NCBI RefSeq assembly: GCF_006345805.1
Contig: NC_043016.1
Coordinates: forward strand, 27,776,001 to 27,840,000
Source: Octopus sinensis
Taxonomy: Eukaryota
Direction: 5' to 3'
Length of the DNA stretch: 64,000 nt
The notes under the pieces were generated by a model. That model did no database searches and was not told the origin of the DNA. It worked only from the letters and a program-made list of their open reading frames with translations. This document shows positions 1 through 13,242 of this stretch, in pieces. Position 1 is the stretch's first letter. Every line of letters starts with the position of its first letter. A program made the translations under genes and the position numbers.

Positions 1-429
1 AGCATTAAAGCTGATTATCAATGGGTTCATAGTATTACAAGCTGTATGGCCACCTCATTAGTGCTGGTGGCATGAAAAAAAAAAAAAAAAAGCATCTACT
101 GCATATTGTAAAGTGGTTGCAGGTATTAGGAAAAGTATCCATCCATTGAAACCATGCAAGAGCAAGACTATGGCACACAATAATGCAATCCTTGAGCCAT
201 TGGATCATCAAAACAGTCAAGCCCATGCTAGTTTGGAACACAGATGCCAAATGATGATGGTGATCAATGGTAATTGGAAATTCCTGAAAGAATGATAGAC
301 CATTCTTTAAAAAAAATGGCAGTACAGTTTCATTTAAGTTGTGTAGAGTTTAAATGTACAGAGATATACTACACCTAGCAGCTTTAAAAGAGAACTAAAA
401 CATCCAATATGTCAAGAATGGGGTGTCAC

Positions 430-740
430 TTTATAATCATCATCATTTAAACTCCATGTTCCATGCTAGCATAGGTGGGACGACATATATATCCACTGTA
501 GTCTTCCCCAGCTAAACATCCCTAATCTTGCAGGCTCATAAGTGCTGGTACCACATAAAAAACACCCATGCCAGTGTTGCATAAAAGCACCCAGTACACT
601 CTGTAAAGTGGCTGGCATTAGGAAGTTCATCCAGCCATACCAAAACAGACAGGGAGCTTGAATAGCCCCTCAGCTAGTCAGCTCCTGTCAAACTGTCCAC
701 CCCATTCTAGCATAGATAACGGATGTTAAATGATGATATA
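430..740. mobile_element. Two degenerate copies of the (CAT/GAT)n-tailed SINE-like family (family C)
   Basis: Motifs CATCATCATTTAAACTCCATGTTCCATGCTAGCAT and GTAAAGTGGCTGGCATTAGGAAG...CCAGC recur many times in the window. Confidence 0.6.
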
Positions 741-3700
741 TATGAGAGAGAGAAGGGGAGAGAGAGAGAGAAGGGGAGAGAGAGACAGACAGACAAACAG
801 CTGGTGCTAATTAAGTTGACAGCCTTTTAATAGTTATTGACATCTCCATCATGACAAGTTGTTAAATATTCCATTTAAAAAAATGGCATTGAGGTTAACA
901 CTGAATTATTGATCGCATATTCCTAAAAATCAAACCTTAGAATTAATGTCTATGAACTGGGTGCTTAACTCTTTGGCTCAGTCTAAATTTCTTTACTGCT
1001 AACACTTTTTCATCAGATCCAAATAGGCAGACAATCCAAAATACAACTCTTCCAACAATACACACAAATCAATTTTTACAAAGGCCCTGTTCTGTTAGGT
1101 TATATTTTTCAATTTATCAAGGATCTATTAGTTGATAGCCAAAAGGCAGACACAAAAATAAAGGAAAAGTGCCAATTCATAACACACAACTTTGTTTTAG
1201 GATACGAAAGAATTTAGGTTAATAAAAACGATTTTGACTTTATATATCCAACATAAATGAAATTATATTTAAATGAAGACAGCTAAGAAAGAGGTTCAAA
1301 TTAAAAAATTTTAACCTTTGTCTGTGTGTGTGTATTAAATAGTATAGTTAGCATGAAATACTGTCTGATAAATAAATGCTTTTAATTTTGTTTTTATAAA
1401 ACTAAAACAATACAAGTTATAAGAAATAATACAAATCGACAGTTTGTACTTTTAACTTGTATTTCAATATTTCAGTGTTAGGATCCCTTCCTTCTTTAGA
1501 TAAATGGTGCTTGTAAGCTGACTTCTCCAAAGATTTCCAGAAGAGGTCCTAGCACCAAAATATAGAAATACAAAGTAAAAATACAAACCATCAACTTGCA
1601 CTGTTTTGGTTTTATAAAAAAAAATAATTAAAAAAACATCTTTGTTTGGAACTGGATCTCGAAGAACATATATTGTCAATCTATATATATAAAATGGTGT
1701 TAACATTATAAAACTTCCTTTATCAGCAGATTTTAATGTATAGCAAGACTTTACAGTAAAATATCCATCTAATAATGTAAATAACAGGCCTTTGTTTCTA
1801 TAAAATATAGTCAGAAATTTTAATGAGTCAGATACTTTTATACCCACTGACACAAATTGACTAATTCACCTGAACATTAATCAGAGTTTATTGAAATCCA
1901 CTATTTAAAGGATCAAATTCACACGTTAGCAGCAATATTATTTAGGGTGAAGGTTTTAAATATAAGCTATAACTGAAAAATACTATGATGTTGGGTATTT
2001 TTCAGTATTATAAGAGTATAACAGCTTAATTTACAGAAATTTTACAGCAAAATAATTTTTATATATCGCTCAGACAGCCGTCCAGCAAGTCTAACCTTAT
2101 CATGGATACGTGAACAACAGTTACTACTATGATATAAATTCAGACAACTTGTTCGGATTTTATCTTTTTCTTCAGTTCTACTTCCCCAATAAGAAACAGA
2201 ATGTCAAAAGAGCAGCACTGTTGTTATCTGGCATTTCCAAAGAGAAAAGAAAAACAAAAACAAACAAAACAAAAAAAAAAACGAAATGAAATCATTTAAT
2301 TAGTAATTATCAAATATACTTAGATATGGATTCAAATATAAGTGGTAAAACGTAACTCGAAAATTAAATACAAACACCAGGGGTTTTATTATTATTATTA
2401 TTATTATGGGGGGTTATTTACTTATATCCGAGATATGAAATCTGAACGTTTAATTTGAAATTCACAATTGATAATTTTAAAATAGCTTAGGACCAAAAGT
2501 CCCGTAAATAAACATAAAATCGCTACAAATAGTCCTTTTATTTGTAGAACCTCTACCAAGTAATTCCACAACGGTTTAAACGAATCAAAATATGAAATAA
2601 ATCAGCCAAAATACCGTAACCCACTAGACTAAAACATGAGCTGCTGCTGCTAATAATAATAATAACAATAATATTACGAGTAAATTAAATCCGGAAGAAG
2701 TTACAGAAATATTTCACTAAATAACCGATTTAATTTTGTATAATTTAAAAATATAGACATTTATATATATGTAGTCAATGTGTAGAAGTGAAACAGTCTT
2801 TTCTATAACTTTATTTCTCAGCCAAATCTTCAGTTTACCGGGATATTATGCCACGTGCTAAATTAACGTGAACAAAAAGGAAATTACATATTTTCTTCAA
2901 AAACCTTTTCAATGGCAAATTTTCAGTTGAAGTTTATTCATAATAATTTTTATTTTAGCTGTTCCAAAGAAACTGCTAAAATTCTGGAAAATTCTTTATT
3001 TACTCAAATCTACCTTCTTATTTATTCTTCAACCGATGCCATATTTTTCATTTTGTCTCCTCTGCAAAGTTTACCCATGTTATTTCCTGTAATTCATGCA
3101 AGATCTCTTGACATTTGCATCCAGATTCCGAGTCTTACAACTATTATTAGAAACTATTCCTTTTCCGTTCTTACAGACTCCAAACTTTAGAATTTCTACT
3201 CTTATGCAACTGTCTTGATAGAAAAGATAAGATATAGGTACATACGCATAGACATACATATATACATAAATGTATATAATGTCCACAAATTTTTTTTCTT
3301 CATTCTTACAATGTCAACAACACTTGATAAATCCATTTCAATTATGAATAGACACGTATGAATAGACACGTAATTAAAATATAAACTTATTTCAATATTA
3401 AAGATGTCTTTCTTAAAGTTAAACTCGAGAAACAGGATTTCTTCATTATAGAAAAAAAAGTTTACTTCTAACTTTCTGTAAACAACATCATCCAAACTTT
3501 GTAATTATGAATGGAAATGTTAGAAATAGCAGGCAAATGTACCTCAACTGTCTATCATACTAGAAAACATTGGTTGATACACTACTTGATATTCTTAAAA
3601 TTATAAAGATGGTCATGGCTAGTTGCTGAACAACGTCCACTTGGAGTTAGTCAACTACAAGTCATGTATCATGTATGTCTGGTTGTTATATATACACACA

Positions 3701-4392
3701 AACATGTAGGGGAAGGGGTAAATAAGTGCAAATATATGCATCATATATACATATTAAAAAAAATTGTGTAAATATATTTATATATGTACGTGTATATAAA
3801 CATATATGAAAGCATAAATACTCTTTAATATGGATATTTATATGCATTCCTAAATACTTGCATATACGTGTATATAATTTGGTACTGTTGATCAACTTGC
3901 AGACAACAACAAAAATGGCCGTTAAGTCCCATCAATTTTATGTGTGTGTGTGCTTGAACTGTTATGATTAAACTATTCCAACAAGGGTCAGCTCACCATC
4001 TCACTTTTTTTTTTTTTTTTTAGGTATCGTGTAGTTTAGACTACATTATCCAATATGTCTTTCTTTTTTGAGTGGGATAGCCTTAGTGGTTTGAAGTAAA
4101 TACATTTGGCTGTTATTTCGAGCATGTGACGCAACCACTTATAGGATATCCCTCGTGGATTGTTATATAAATTAGTCGTGGCTGCGGTGATGGACTGTTT
4201 ATGAGGCTGGCATAAAGGAAAATTTATTAGCACAAATAAATAAAAAGACTATTATAACAAAAACAATAATACAGGAAATCTTCAAGAACAATTAGATAGT
4301 TGACAATATTATGAAATGTAAGTAGTTTGTCGCAGCATATAAATATGTAAATACATGGGAGCTCGGCAAAACAAAGAATAAACGTTGCTTAC

Positions 4393-4931
4393 CCAGTGAG
4401 AATAGATGAGGAGGACATAACATCGCTGAAACAAACGGGATTAGGTGTAATGGAATTCGCTTGAACCCATGGCATGGATGACGGTACAGTATGTTGCCAG
4501 GTGACTCCAACTCCTGGGGCTGTGCTAGGGGTCGTTGCTGTTGAAGTATGGAGGTAGGAATTTCCACCACCAATATGAGAATTATAATGGTGCAAGTGAT
4601 GTAAATGGGGACCGGTCACCCCTCCGGGCAACATTGCACCAGAAGGCGATCCCATCAGTGAATATGACTGAGTTGGTGAAGTAAATGTGAAACCAGTCTG
4701 GATGTGCTGTGCAAAGGGAAGTCCCCCATAATTTAAAAATAACTGCGATGATGAAGGGGGAGATAGGATTGGTGAAGACACAGCAGAAGAAACTGTGTTA
4801 GTAGTCCCCGTGGAAACTGAAGATGAGTTCAAGAAAGTCGGAGAGACAAACTGGGTAACACATGGGTTGCCTATGCCAGGCATGTAGTTGTTATTAGAAA
4901 ACTGACCAAAACCTGGTGGGTTTGCCGACAT
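4393..4931 (-). CDS. Coding exon of an unidentified Ser/Pro/Gly/Thr/His-rich low-complexity protein (MSANPPGFGQFSNNNYMPG...SSSSILTG)
   Basis: Stop-free 211-codon ORF with raised GC in AT-rich DNA. ATG at 4931, canonical donor TGG|GTAAGC at 4392, and a 5'UTR acceptor TTTTTCATCTTCAG near 5097. No recognisable domain. Confidence 0.65.
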
Positions 4932-5299
4932 GGAGGACAAACTACAGATAGAAGATTCTGGGCCTAAAATCATGTCCCTCAAAAATGCATATACAACCAC
5001 ATGTATAATACAGTCGCCAAGCACGCAGACTTATACTATTTTGTTTATATACATTAGGGAATCATCAAGAGAAAAGAACTTGTAATCATAATCCAACTGA
5101 AGATGAAAAAGGATTTGATTTATTTGAAAACTTCTGTTTCTACTTTTCAGAAATTCGCTTTAGTTTTTTTAAATTCCAGCGTGGTCAACTTTGCTTCGCA
5201 GAGAAGGATTTTCCTCTTCGTGAAAAAAAAACAGAAAAATATAAAAACATCCAGACAACTTCATATATATATATATACACTGTCTGTATAAACCTCTCG

Positions 5300-5950
5300 A
5301 GCTCTTATTGTATTACAAGCATGGACAAAATTCGATGTTCCTTCTATAATGTTTCAAGTCTTTCAATTTCTCGAGTATCCGAATATTTCTCCAAGCTCGC
5401 ATTTATCGGAAGAAAGTGATATATTTGAAGTCGCCTTGTTATTTTTGTGTGTGTGTTGCTAGATGCGTGCACCGCGCTTAAGCAATAGCCACCTTGGTCT
5501 CCAGTAGACAGCCTCGTTCTACTTCTAACCATAAACTGATAACACACATCACAGCACCTACAATAAATACATACTGACTGCCAGTGAACATTTAAACAAA
5601 AGAAAATATTTTATGCCAAATCAAAAACCCATATAAACTTCATCGAATTCTATGAATATCTTTTAAAAATTACTTTTAGGATAATGTCAAATAAGAAAGT
5701 GTTTTAATCGACTCTAATGATACAAGTAGAGAGTGGTTTTACGACATTAACGGTGTACGTTTTGCTTTCTGTTTAATATAGTATAGACGTCTTAGTGTCA
5801 GTGTTCTGTTATTATTGTTCGAGCACTTGCTTTGTTTCAATAGGGAGGAGGGGGAAGACGGGACGTATACGCACATGCGGCGATGTTTATGTAGTGTTTT
5901 ACATATCTTAAAAGATGAATTTGATTCCATCATTTAACAATAGGAACAGC
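5300..5950 (-). promoter_or_regulatory. CpG-enriched non-repeat region, candidate promoter or 5'UTR exon of the minus-strand gene
   Basis: Local CpG density above background, immediately upstream of the 5097 acceptor. Confidence 0.3.
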
Positions 5951-8711
5951 TTTTTTTTTTTTTTCATTTACGAGTTATGCAAATACGTGGCTTCTAGTGA
6001 AATAATCTCAGTATACGGCTCTTTCTCAACAAAACTGGTGTTAGATATATTTATTTTTTAGTCTTTCACCCGAATCTAGTTACACAAACAGTCAAAGAAA
6101 GTGTTTTCATTTAAAGTAATGTGGGAGAGGAAACTCAGAATATTTACTCATTTAAATAACCGTCATTTTAAACTATATTGAAACATCTTAAATAAATTGT
6201 CTACATTGTTATTTAATCCCAGGCAACCCTAATTTGTACGTACGATTAAAGTTATTCCAACCATGACTATCAACCCAGCCATTTCTCCGACATTGTGTGA
6301 TTTGCTCTTTTCAGAGCGGTAAGGTGTAATTTGAGGGAGATCTGACTCCTATTTCTGGTAAATCGATCCACCCTATAGAAGTTTCCCCATTGGTTCGGGC
6401 TATAAGTCGACGGTTATAGTGAAAATAAAGGTGGTGGAGGACAAGAATGTGATGTGGAAAAACATTCACTTATTTAAATTAACCTTGTTTAGTTCAAATG
6501 TTGTTTGATTTCCTTAAGGCATATAATGAAATTAAACTTATGTATTGAGTTGAATCCGGTATCTGAATAAACTGGTGATGGTTGTACGCTGTCGGCAACA
6601 TTCAGTCATTTTAGGACTACAGTTCAATAAGTTCAATTCCTTTGAGGAATACAGAATCTAGCGTATTTGGTTCTTGTCCGTTATTTAATAAAGAAAGAGT
6701 GAAAAAATAATGTTCTAAGGAAACAGTGAATCACTATTCAAACACTTTTTTGTCATAATAATTTTTTTTATTGGTACATTTTTGGAGGTAGAATATAACA
6801 GTCGATTCAACTGATCTCATTACTTGTCTTACATATTGTAACCATTCCTCAAGAAAGAGAATAACAAAAAGTCGACCAAAGCGGAATTTGAATTTAAAGC
6901 AAGAGAGGAAAGGATTTTTCTTTTTTAATCGGGGAAAAAGGTGCAGAAGCTATAATCTGTACAAGCCTTCTCAGGCAGACAGATGCGGTTAAATGATCGA
7001 TCTCTGCTTCTATGCGAAAATTCTAGTTGTTTGTGGGGAATATTAGGTTACGTGTTAAGTGTGATATCTGAAAGGAGGACCCATGATATTGTAAAGAGAT
7101 GAGGGAATTACTTTGAAACTATGAGGGTGTGATGTGCAGATATTATTTCAGAGAAGCAGACATTATTGAGGTTTAACAGAAAACAAACAGTATGTCTATG
7201 AGCTATTATTTGTAGCTTTTTTATGTATGTTTTTACACTTAGTTCTAACGCCATGGCAAACATATGACCAATATTCCTATGTGAATCTTGAGCCAATGCT
7301 GAGATAATATGTTCCTAAAAAGGAAGCCTAATCTTTGGATCCATCTTTCTAAGGTTTGTAATGGGTCTATAATATGCCTGTAATATCGCCTTGAAAATTT
7401 CGGCGGAAGTTTTGCCGTTCTTAATCTTGCAGTGTTTATGTGGAAGGAGGGTGTTGTCACTGATGTACAATGATTGTAAGTCCTCAGCAGATCGAAGAGC
7501 ATGTTTGTTTCCATCATCTTTTAGATGCTATACATAAGAATAACAAGGCTGTAGTTGGTTGAAGAAGAGAGTTTGCTCTTCATAAGAATGGGACAGACTC
7601 AAACAAGATCGCACAGCTTACAATATATCTCGATAAATAACGGTTGTTTGGTAAATGCTACCTCTGAAGTACACTGTTTAAGGGTATTAGAAAGGACCAT
7701 TGTTCTATCAGGTCGAAGACGTTTTAGCATTGCGTTCTTGATGTTGAGACAAACGGAGATGTTTGAGACAATTTTTTTGTGTAATGTGAAGCAAGCAGTA
7801 TACATAGCAAGACTACTTGTTACAAAACCATCTTAGTTGATGACCGACGTATAGAATTTTGGCAAGGGAGCAGAAAATCCTGTAGTACATTGCAGGAAGA
7901 AATCATTTGTTTTTATTGTGGTCATCTTTCAGGTGTTATGACAAACTCTTTATTGGTGTGTTTCCAGGTGTTTGTAAATTCGACTGTTGAAAATCTGCAA
8001 GTGAGCCTCTGAGTATTAGATGTTTGAGTGATGTGCAAAGACATAGTATGTCGTTTTATTTTGGCACTACGACCACAACACAGAGGGAACACTACAGTGG
8101 GGACAAAAATATAATGAAAATGAGATGTTATATAAAAATAGAAATGAAATGGCTGCATAGGCCCCACTCCTATCATTTGAACGTTTATACAAACTATTTA
8201 CAATCGTTCTATTATCTTGTTTTTTTTTTTTTTCTTAATCTCGTTTTTTTCCTCTTTAAAGATACAGTTTTACTTTTTGTGGAGAAACATAGTAAGGAGG
8301 ACCACTTAGCTGTTTTGCATAGTCAGAGACGAAGTACATTTCCTTCTAGGGCTAGTCAGCGTTTGACTAACGAAGGAATTCTGATCATTTACTTGATTTA
8401 AAGTTCTAAAGGATACGCGAGAAATAGGACTTTGTGCAGTAGGAAGGCATGGTTTGGTTGGAAAAATTTTGAACCTCTCAATATAGAAGAACTCAAAAGA
8501 ATTTGAAGAATCGGAATATGGTTAAAGATACAGATACCATGTGGTGCAGACAGTTCAAAAGATTAGGTAATTAATCTTTACGTTCGATATATTGATGAGA
8601 GAGGTGCGAGTGATAAAAGAAGTGTGCATTGAGGATCAATTTCAAAGATGTATTCCAACTACCAAAACTGCCGATAGTTGAAAATAGGGTTAGGGTTACC
8701 GATAGTCGTTT

Positions 8712-9295
8712 CTTATTTCTTTATTGCCCATAAGGGGCTAAACACAGAGGGGACAAACAAAGAGATTAAGACGATTAGATCGACCCCAGTGCGTAACTAG
8801 TACTTAATTTATCGACCCCGAAAGGATGAAAGTCGACCTCGGCGAAATTTGAACTCAGAACGTAACGGCAGACGAAATACCTATTTCTTTACTACCCTCA
8901 AGGGGCTAAACACAGAGAGGACAGACAAACGGATTAAGTCGATTATATCGACCCCAGTGCGTAACTGGTACTTATTTAATCGACCCCGAAAGGATGAAAG
9001 GCAAAGTCAACCTCGGCGGAATTTGAACTCAGAACGCAGCGGCAGACGAAATACCTATTTCTTTATTACTCGCAGAGATACCTATTTCTTTACTACCCAC
9101 AGAGAGGACAAACAAGGACAGACAAACGGATTAAGTCGACCTCAGTGCGTAACTGGTACTTATTTAATCGACCCCGAAAGGAAGAAAGGCAAAGTCGACC
9201 TCGGCGGAATTTGAACTCAGAACGTAACGGCAGACGAAATACGGCTACGCATTTCGCCTGGCGTGCTAACGTTTCTGCCAGCCAGCTCGCCGCCT
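8712..9295 (-). mobile_element. Tandem trimer of a tRNA-derived SINE (family B, GGCGGCGAGCTGGCAGAAACGTTAGC head)
   Basis: Three near-identical units containing GAGTTCAAATTCCGCCGAGGTCGACTTTGCCTTTCATCCTTTCGGGGTCGAT; only the rightmost has the full head. Confidence 0.85.
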
Positions 9296-10903
9296 AGTTC
9301 TCCTAGTTCTTTATCGTTTCTGCCAACTGATTGCCCTTTTGGATTTGTAGAAATAGTCTAATTTTTCAATATTGATTTCTTTTTGCAATATTACTGCACC
9401 GATTCTGTTGAATACCTTCGTGAAGAAATTATAATTTTTGTATTGAATCATTAGGTCAAAAGTAACGAATTTCTGTCATTTATATAATAGTATATGATCC
9501 TGCTGGGTGGAGATGGGAGATCTTAACACAAGCACCAAGTTTTTTTCTGTTTGACTTACAACTGAAAAAGACTGAAACATATGAGGTTCAAAATAATACT
9601 TTCAAGAATATAAAAACAAATATGTCTAATAATTTACGAAGATTAAGAAAGATGATCACATCTTGGGCGGAGGTAAAGAATATGCACACCACCCGTTTTC
9701 GACGTAATCCTAATCCTAACCATAAACCTAGTGGTGTGCATAGTCTTTACCTTTGCCTACATTTTGTTTTGCTTTTTTTTATGAGGGACTTCATGAAAAA
9801 TGTTAGGGAATATTCTAAGGTTCGTAAATTTAGACATGAAACCTTGAGTGAACATAGCAAGTATTCATATGTATTTGTGTGAATATATGCAAATATTTAT
9901 GTATGTGTGTGTGAGTTCGTGTATATGAATATCTACAAATATGTATGTGTGTGTGGGTATAAGCAAATATTTATGCGCGCGTGCGCGTGAATATATTCGT
10001 GCTTATATATGTGAATGTTTGTATGCTATTCTCTGTAATTATTCTTAATTATTCTGAACTGGCATGAACTAGCAGAAAAAAAAATTATCTTTTTACATTT
10101 AAATTGCTAGCTTACACACACACACTCTCTCTCTCTCTCTCCCCCCCTTTCTCTTGGAATAACCACCTTCTTAGATATATCGTATTCAAAATTAGTTTGA
10201 AGAACTACGTGCCTCTCCTCTGAAAAAAATAAATAAAAAAAGCTTGGACAAAATGGTAGCGAATAGAAGTGGGAGAAAGAGTTAGAAAAGAAAAATGGAA
10301 AATTAGGTTGGAAAATAGAAAGCAGCCGTCCATCCAAAGATATGTTACTGGAGTGTAAGGGGCATATTTGGCAGCGAGGGCAAGTAGTAGAGGTGATGCT
10401 ACAACATTACAGCATGATTTCAGTGGGTTGAAGTGGTAAATGTGTGTGGTGGGTGTTTGTATTATCTAGAACCACATACAGTTAGTAAGGGAGGGTGAGT
10501 ATTAAGGGGAAAGGAATATCAACTGGTTCGAAGCAAAAGTAAAGTAGATATTACAAGCCGGAAGGGATAAAATATAACTGTCACAGTGATGATTATTTAA
10601 GGCAAAAATAAAACAGGAATTTTTGTGGCTGGTATTTTCATTCAAACTAACTTTGTGTTATTAAATAAGCAACGGTGACCTTTATATTAATCGCTTCCCG
10701 GCCAAGTAACCTCTGGCTTAACTAATTTACTCACCCATTGCTCTCGTCACCAATATTTTCATAGTTCGTCCAGCTTTTCAACCGTCTTTTCAGACATTAT
10801 ATTCAACACTTAGGGGCTGGCCACCCGAGGGTTACTGGTGCCTAAGCTGAATTTTGATGCCCTTACATTTTTTTTTTTTAATTTTAATTAGCGAATATTC
10901 TCA

Positions 10904-11270
10904 ATAGGCTTAGGTATGCCTATGTGGTTAAGAAGCTCGCTATGCAACCATATGGCTTTGGGTTCAGTCACACTGCGCGGCACCTTGAGTGTCTTCTACT
11001 AAAGCCCCAGGCTGATCAATATAGTGTGACTGAATTTGGTAAGCGGAAACTGTGTGGAAGCCCGTCTGATATGTGGTATGCGTGTGTTTGTCTCCTCCAA
11101 CGTTTGATAACCGATGTTGGTTTGTTTACGTTCCTGTAATTTAGAGAGACAGAATAAGTACTAGACTTAAAATGATTACTGGGGTCGACTTGTTCGACTA
11201 AAGCCCTTTAAGGCTGTATCCAAGCATTGTTGTAATCCAGTGATTAAGACAAGTAAAAGAAAAAAGTAAA
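10904..11270 (+). mobile_element. tRNA-derived SINE family A, degenerate
   Basis: Head TGTGGTTAAGAAGCTCGC...GGGTTCAGTC and tail GGGGTCGAC...GAAACAAGTAAAAG as in other copies. Confidence 0.75.
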
Positions 11271-11654
11271 ACCTGCAAATATAGAAATATAGTTTTTGTA
11301 TTTGAATTTATTAAATATACATTTTTAAAATTATTTTCATATTTTTATCTTTGTATTCTGGGAATATCCAAAATACATAATGTGATTCTCTACGCCCGTC
11401 GCTTAGGGGGTGTCCTGGATGGCACTGCCCCCCCCCCTCACTATTCAATGGTGCATCATTTAGATTGACAGTGATACACTTATTTCTAAACACCACTTTA
11501 GCATTGTTACAAATTAGTGCACACCCGGAATATTTTGAAACACTAGCAGACACCGAAGTCTGGCGACGGGTCTGTGAATCTCCCAAACACGTAATGCCTC
11601 AGATGACTGCCTGAGTTGCCAGTACCTTAAACTGATCGGATATTTTGTGTTTAC

Positions 11655-11830
11655 TACAATTAAGGCGGCGAACTGGCAGGATTGTTAGCACGCTAGACAA
11701 AATGTTGAGCGACTTTTCTTCTGACTTTACGTTAGGATTTCAAATTCCGCCAAAGTGGACTTTGCATTTCATCCTTTCGGGTCGATATAATCACCAAGCC
11801 ATCCTTCCCTCAAATTTTCAAGCCCTGTGC
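11655..11830 (+). mobile_element. SINE family B
   Basis: AAGGCGGCGAACTGGCAG head and CTTTGCATTTCATCCTTTCGGGTCGAT core. Confidence 0.75.
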
Positions 11831-12149
11831 CTATAGTTATACTTAGGACTTGGTTAAGAAATAGGATCCTAATCTTTGTCATCCCTCATTGGTCAGATTA
11901 ATATGGTTTATCTTCAGTTACAACATCTGCAGTTGATATTCATTCGGAAAATGTAAAGTTATATAGAGATGATTTTTTTTTTTATTACCCACAAGGGGCT
12001 AACAAAGAGGGGACAATACAATCTGATTTTGGGTGAGAGGAATGTCTGAAGTCGTCTGAGCGATGAGATATTAAGAGTAGCGAGGGAAAACGACAGGGAA
12101 GTTCAGATATCTATAAATATAGTTATAATATACTAGACGATATATTCCT

Positions 12150-12840
12150 GTTATTTTGGGGAAATTTAAGAATTTTTAGTAGGATTGTGTTATATTCTTC
12201 CGTGGGTCTCACTTCAATGGCTGCATTCTGAACCTTCAACACTATTGTTTCTCTTTAATCTTCCTTCAAGATAGCTCTAGGTTAATTTCAAGTACCTTTA
12301 TACTTTTTCCTTGCAAGAGAGCTACATAGTCAGCTGAGTGACGAACGCAAGAACTTTCCTTGCTCCCATGTTCATGGTACAACGTAAGGCACCTCTTCGA
12401 CAATGCCAAATGTCTAGAAGATGAATACGAAACAAAACCATCCCAATTCTAAAGCCGAAGAAAAACCATAACTGAAAAAAAAAAAAACAATACGTCACAC
12501 AGATTTAAGACACATGATCCCTGAATGCATAGTTGCAAAATTCCTAAATACTCAACGACCATCATACTCACAATCCGTCCATTCTATTCCCCACCTTTAA
12601 ATTAAACAAAATGCTGATGAAAAACTATTTCAAACAACGAAAACTTAATATTTTATAACACCATTTGTATCAGTAATTTCCTGAATGTATTACCCCAAGG
12701 ATCCGTCCTCTCAACTATCTATTTTAACCTATATCAACTGTATGTCCAGAAAACATCATTTGATCCGATCTCTTGCCATAACCATACTCTCTTCTTTCTG
12801 ACATATATTTTGTTGTAAATTATGTATATTTAACTATTTA
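12150..12840 (+). mobile_element. Highly degraded LINE reverse transcriptase remnant
   Basis: Translated fragment PQGSVLSTILF resembles the RT G.PQGS motif; many stops and frameshifts. Confidence 0.4.
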
Positions 12841-12954
12841 TCAAGGTAGGGCAGTGCTTAAGATAGGCTTTATTACAGGTCGAGCAACTGTATAAAGGCT
12901 TCCTCCTGCTTTGTCCTTCGACCGACAATCTCAATACCATAGGGTTGACTTGAT

Positions 12955-13242
12955 ATCATTTGTTCCTTCTCGAGCCATGCCCGTCTCATAAGGGCCGATT
13001 TCCCGGTTTCCTTGGCGTATATGTTCCCCACCTTGACGGGACGCCGGTCCGTCGCAGGTGAGCTGCAAGATGCAGGAGGAAAGACTGATAGAAAGTTGTG
13101 GCGAAAGAGTCGGCAGAAGTTCGCCATTACCGTCTGCCGGAGCTGCGTGGAGCCTAGGTGTTTCGCTCATAAACACACACATCGCCCGGCCTGAGATTCG
13201 AACCCGCGATCCCTCTGCTCTAACCACTAGGCCATGTGCCTC
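12955..13242 (-). mobile_element. tRNA-derived SINE with a V-domain-like core (family E)
   Basis: A box TGGCCTAGTGG, B box GGTTCGAATC and CCTGCGACGGACCGGCGTCCCGTC; sister copy at 60614. Confidence 0.8.

Noticed and set aside
1464-1853. 129-aa minus-strand ORF
   Set aside because: AT-rich, no recognisable domain, and contains an internal acceptor and A-runs; not credible as one CDS
7000-8700. Possible ancient retroelement ORF remnants
   Set aside because: No diagnostic RT or endonuclease motif could be read
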